From contig JAWLHB010000001.1 in the NCBI GenBank assembly GCA_041690595.1, positions 310,001 to 330,038 on the forward strand: DNA of 20,038 bases, given 5' to 3'. Position 1 is the stretch's first letter; the number at the start of each line of letters is the position of its first letter. The DNA is from Lentisphaeria bacterium (GTDB taxonomy: Bacteria; Verrucomicrobiota; Lentisphaeria; JABSQK01; JAWLHB01). Shown one piece after another: positions 17,869 to 20,038 of this stretch. The notes beneath the pieces are model-generated. The model ran no database searches, had not been told where the DNA came from, and worked only from the letters and a program-made list of their open reading frames with translations. The position numbers and the translations under genes were made by a program.

Positions 17869-20038
17869 ATGAAGACAAACCGGGTCAGTGAAACATCCGA
17901 GAAGGCAGAGGGGCGTTCGATGATGGGGCGGGGGCGGGGGAAGTCCTGGTCACGTCCGGTCATTCTACTTTGCGTTCTCATGTTCGTGATATTGGGGACG
18001 GCGCGAAGCAGCGCATCAGGTCTCGGACCGACAGGTGAGGCCATCTTCACGACTGGACCTGCCATGCCTACCGCGCGAATGGGCCATTGTGCCGCAACGC
18101 TTCCTGATGGACGCGTTGCGCTCTTTGGCGGACATGGTACCTACTTCACGTCACTCAGTTCCGCCAATCTGCTATCCGCCGACGGCACGACATTCTCCTC
18201 GCTGAACATGCACTACGAGCACGACGACCCAGCCTTTGTCCGGCTGGCAGATGGACGGTACCTGCTGGCTGGTGGCTCCGCGGATCTTGGTGTTCCGAAT
18301 TACGCCACGAGTGAGATCTTCAATCCCGCCGACTCCACCTTTACCGCGGTCGGCGACATGGTGCGATTCCGTGCCGGTACCGGAGGGGCCGCCATGAACA
18401 ATGGCAAGATCCTGATTGCCAGCGCCTGGTGGACCCACAACGACGCCCATACCTACGGCGAGTTTTTCGATCCCACCACGAACACTTTCTCGGCCACAAG
18501 CGCCTTTAGCGTTGCCAGAGCACACGCCATTGTCTTGCCGACTGCCGATGGTCAAGCGGTCGTCCTGGGTGGCCAAGGGCCAAGAGGACAGGTGATCGAG
18601 GCGCCCATCGAGCTGTACGACCCGGAAACTGGTGCCATCAGTACTTTGCAGGATTCTCTTTTCGATCAAGAAACCGGATGGCTGATCACCAAATCCCCGT
18701 CTGGCAGCCCAAATGTCACGCAACTGACCCCTTCCGGCGAGTACCTCATGCTCGCGTGGCGACCGGTATCAGGCGTCTACTCCTTCCGGCTCTTTACCTT
18801 CGATCCCGTCAGCAAGACCACGGCCCCCTTCGTGACTACACCGGCGCTCCCGGATAATACGACCCATGCATGGATGCAGCAGCCTGTCGTGGATCTGGAA
18901 CGCGGCACCGCGACAATCGTGGCGCAGCTGGCCGGCTACAGTACGTCGATGCTCGAAATCATCTCGATCGATCTGTCGAGCGGCCTTCTTGTCCGCTCCT
19001 CGAACGCACACGCCCTTGGCTATCACCTCTCTGGTGCCAGTATACTTCTCCTCAATGATGGACGTCTCTTTGTCGCTGGAGGCACGACGACTGGCTCGAA
19101 TTCCTACCCCGTTTCCAACACACTCTTCATAACTCCCCCGGTCTTGCTCGATGCGGGCGATCTCCAAGTCGAAATTCTTCCCGAAGCCGCCCGTGACGCT
19201 GGCGCCCGGTGGAGCATCGATGATGGCGACACCTGGCACGACGGTGGTGCCATCGTCAGCGATCTGGGGCCGGGAGATCTGGAGGTCTCTTTCCTGCCCG
19301 TTGCTGGCTGGATTACCCCTGCTCCGATTTCGGTCACCGTGGCGGATAAAGGTATTTATCGGGTAGCCACGTATGGTGTCGCACAGATGTTCACGCTCAC
19401 CTATTCTGCCGGGCCAAATGGTTCCCTGGATGGCGAGAGCATTCAGCATGTCGAGCAGGGTGGCTCCGGCACTCCGGTCACCGCGGTTCCGGATGCCGAT
19501 TTTGCGTTCCTGGAGTGGAGCGATGGTTCTACGGCCAACCCGCGAATCGACACAGGCGTCTCCTCCGACATCAATGTGACGGCAACCTTCGTGCCCTACG
19601 TGGTGCCGACCTGGGCCAATCCCGTTGGCATGGCGAATTCGATGGAGGTTTATGCCAAGGTGCAGTTACTTCCTGACGAGGTGGTGATCGAGACGGAGGG
19701 ATCGCTGCTGGCGGCATTCAAGGATGGCGAGTGCCGTGGGGTTGTCCAGATTGGTGCTGGACCAACGGGGTCTACCTATAGCCTGCAGGTCTTCAGTGAC
19801 CTGGGAACCGAAGCGGGTTTTACGCTCCAAGTCTGGGATGCGGCCACGGGCGAAATCCACGATATCATGGAAGCTTTCGATTTTGCTCAGGATACGGCCT
19901 GGGGCACGATCCTCGCGCCGGTGACCTTGCATGCGGGGCTGGTGACGCAGACCATCCCTCTGGTGCAGAACTGGAACTGGATCAGCTTCAACACCCTGCC
20001 GGCGACAGTGACGCCGAACGAGGTGCTGGGAGTGACGC
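17869..20038 (+). CDS. Gene C (3'-truncated): Kelch + PEGA-like + InlB-B-like head paralogous to gene B, with a different downstream module
   Basis: Not in the ORF track because it has no stop in the window. AAAAAAGGGGGG RBS, then GTG 17866/ATG 17869. Translates MKTNRVSETS...VILLCVLMFVILGTARSSA..GEAIFTTGPAMPTARMGHC..., later SMEVYAKV...LLAAFKDGECRGVV...LVQNWNWISFN, open to the window end. Confidence 0.9.
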   Translation, partial: MKTNRVSETSEKAEGRSMMGRGRGKSWSRPVILLCVLMFVILGTARSSASGLGPTGEAIFTTGPAMPTARMGHCAATLPDGRVALFGGHGTYFTSLSSANLLSADGTTFSSLNMHYEHDDPAFVRLADGRYLLAGGSADLGVPNYATSEIFNPADSTFTAVGDMVRFRAGTGGAAMNNGKILIASAWWTHNDAHTYGEFFDPTTNTFSATSAFSVARAHAIVLPTADGQAVVLGGQGPRGQVIEAPIELYDPETGAISTLQDSLFDQETGWLITKSPSGSPNVTQLTPSGEYLMLAWRPVSGVYSFRLFTFDPVSKTTAPFVTTPALPDNTTHAWMQQPVVDLERGTATIVAQLAGYSTSMLEIISIDLSSGLLVRSSNAHALGYHLSGASILLLNDGRLFVAGGTTTGSNSYPVSNTLFITPPVLLDAGDLQVEILPEAARDAGARWSIDDGDTWHDGGAIVSDLGPGDLEVSFLPVAGWITPAPISVTVADKGIYRVATYGVAQMFTLTYSAGPNGSLDGESIQHVEQGGSGTPVTAVPDADFAFLEWSDGSTANPRIDTGVSSDINVTATFVPYVVPTWANPVGMANSMEVYAKVQLLPDEVVIETEGSLLAAFKDGECRGVVQIGAGPTGSTYSLQVFSDLGTEAGFTLQVWDAATGEIHDIMEAFDFAQDTAWGTILAPVTLHAGLVTQTIPLVQNWNWISFNTLPATVTPNEVLGVT
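18034..19596 (+). repeat. Kelch/PEGA/InlB head, copy 2 (pairs with 14638-16200)
   Basis: Homology ends at SDINVTATFVP (19596), equivalent to ADINVTAIFEP (16200) in gene B. Confidence 0.95.

Noticed and set aside
14638..19596. Diversity-generating retroelement (TR/VR pair) explanation for the near-identical repeats
   Set aside because: Mismatches are not adenine-specific and are often synonymous, both copies are long coding regions, and no reverse transcriptase is present in the window.

Overview
GC-rich bacterial window with all credible genes on the + strand. The gene content (DUF1559-type prepilin protein, DUF6067-like protein, LacI, GH36) suggests a PVC-superphylum organism, probably Lentisphaerota (inference). 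The left half (1-10490) is a carbohydrate-utilisation region: a partial gene, a GH36 alpha-galactosidase-like enzyme, an unclassified ~507-aa polytopic membrane protein with an internal xLSHxGL repeat, and a four-gene cassette (prepilin/H-X9-DG protein, CBM9-like + DUF6067-like protein, secreted beta-sandwich protein, LacI regulator). The right half (10650-20038) holds three large secreted surface-protein genes. Gene A has a duplicated acidic unit, Calx-beta repeats and a ~365-aa C-terminal module. Gene B has Kelch, PEGA-like and InlB-B-like domains plus the same C-terminal module. Gene C (absent from the ORF track, runs off the window end) has the same Kelch/PEGA/InlB head but a different tail. 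The most notable signal is that gene B is an in-frame chimera of the head of C and the tail of A, as expected from a tandem duplication spanning a gene boundary. The shared tail is a candidate undescribed surface-anchoring or sorting domain. No mobile element, CRISPR array or RNA gene was recognised.
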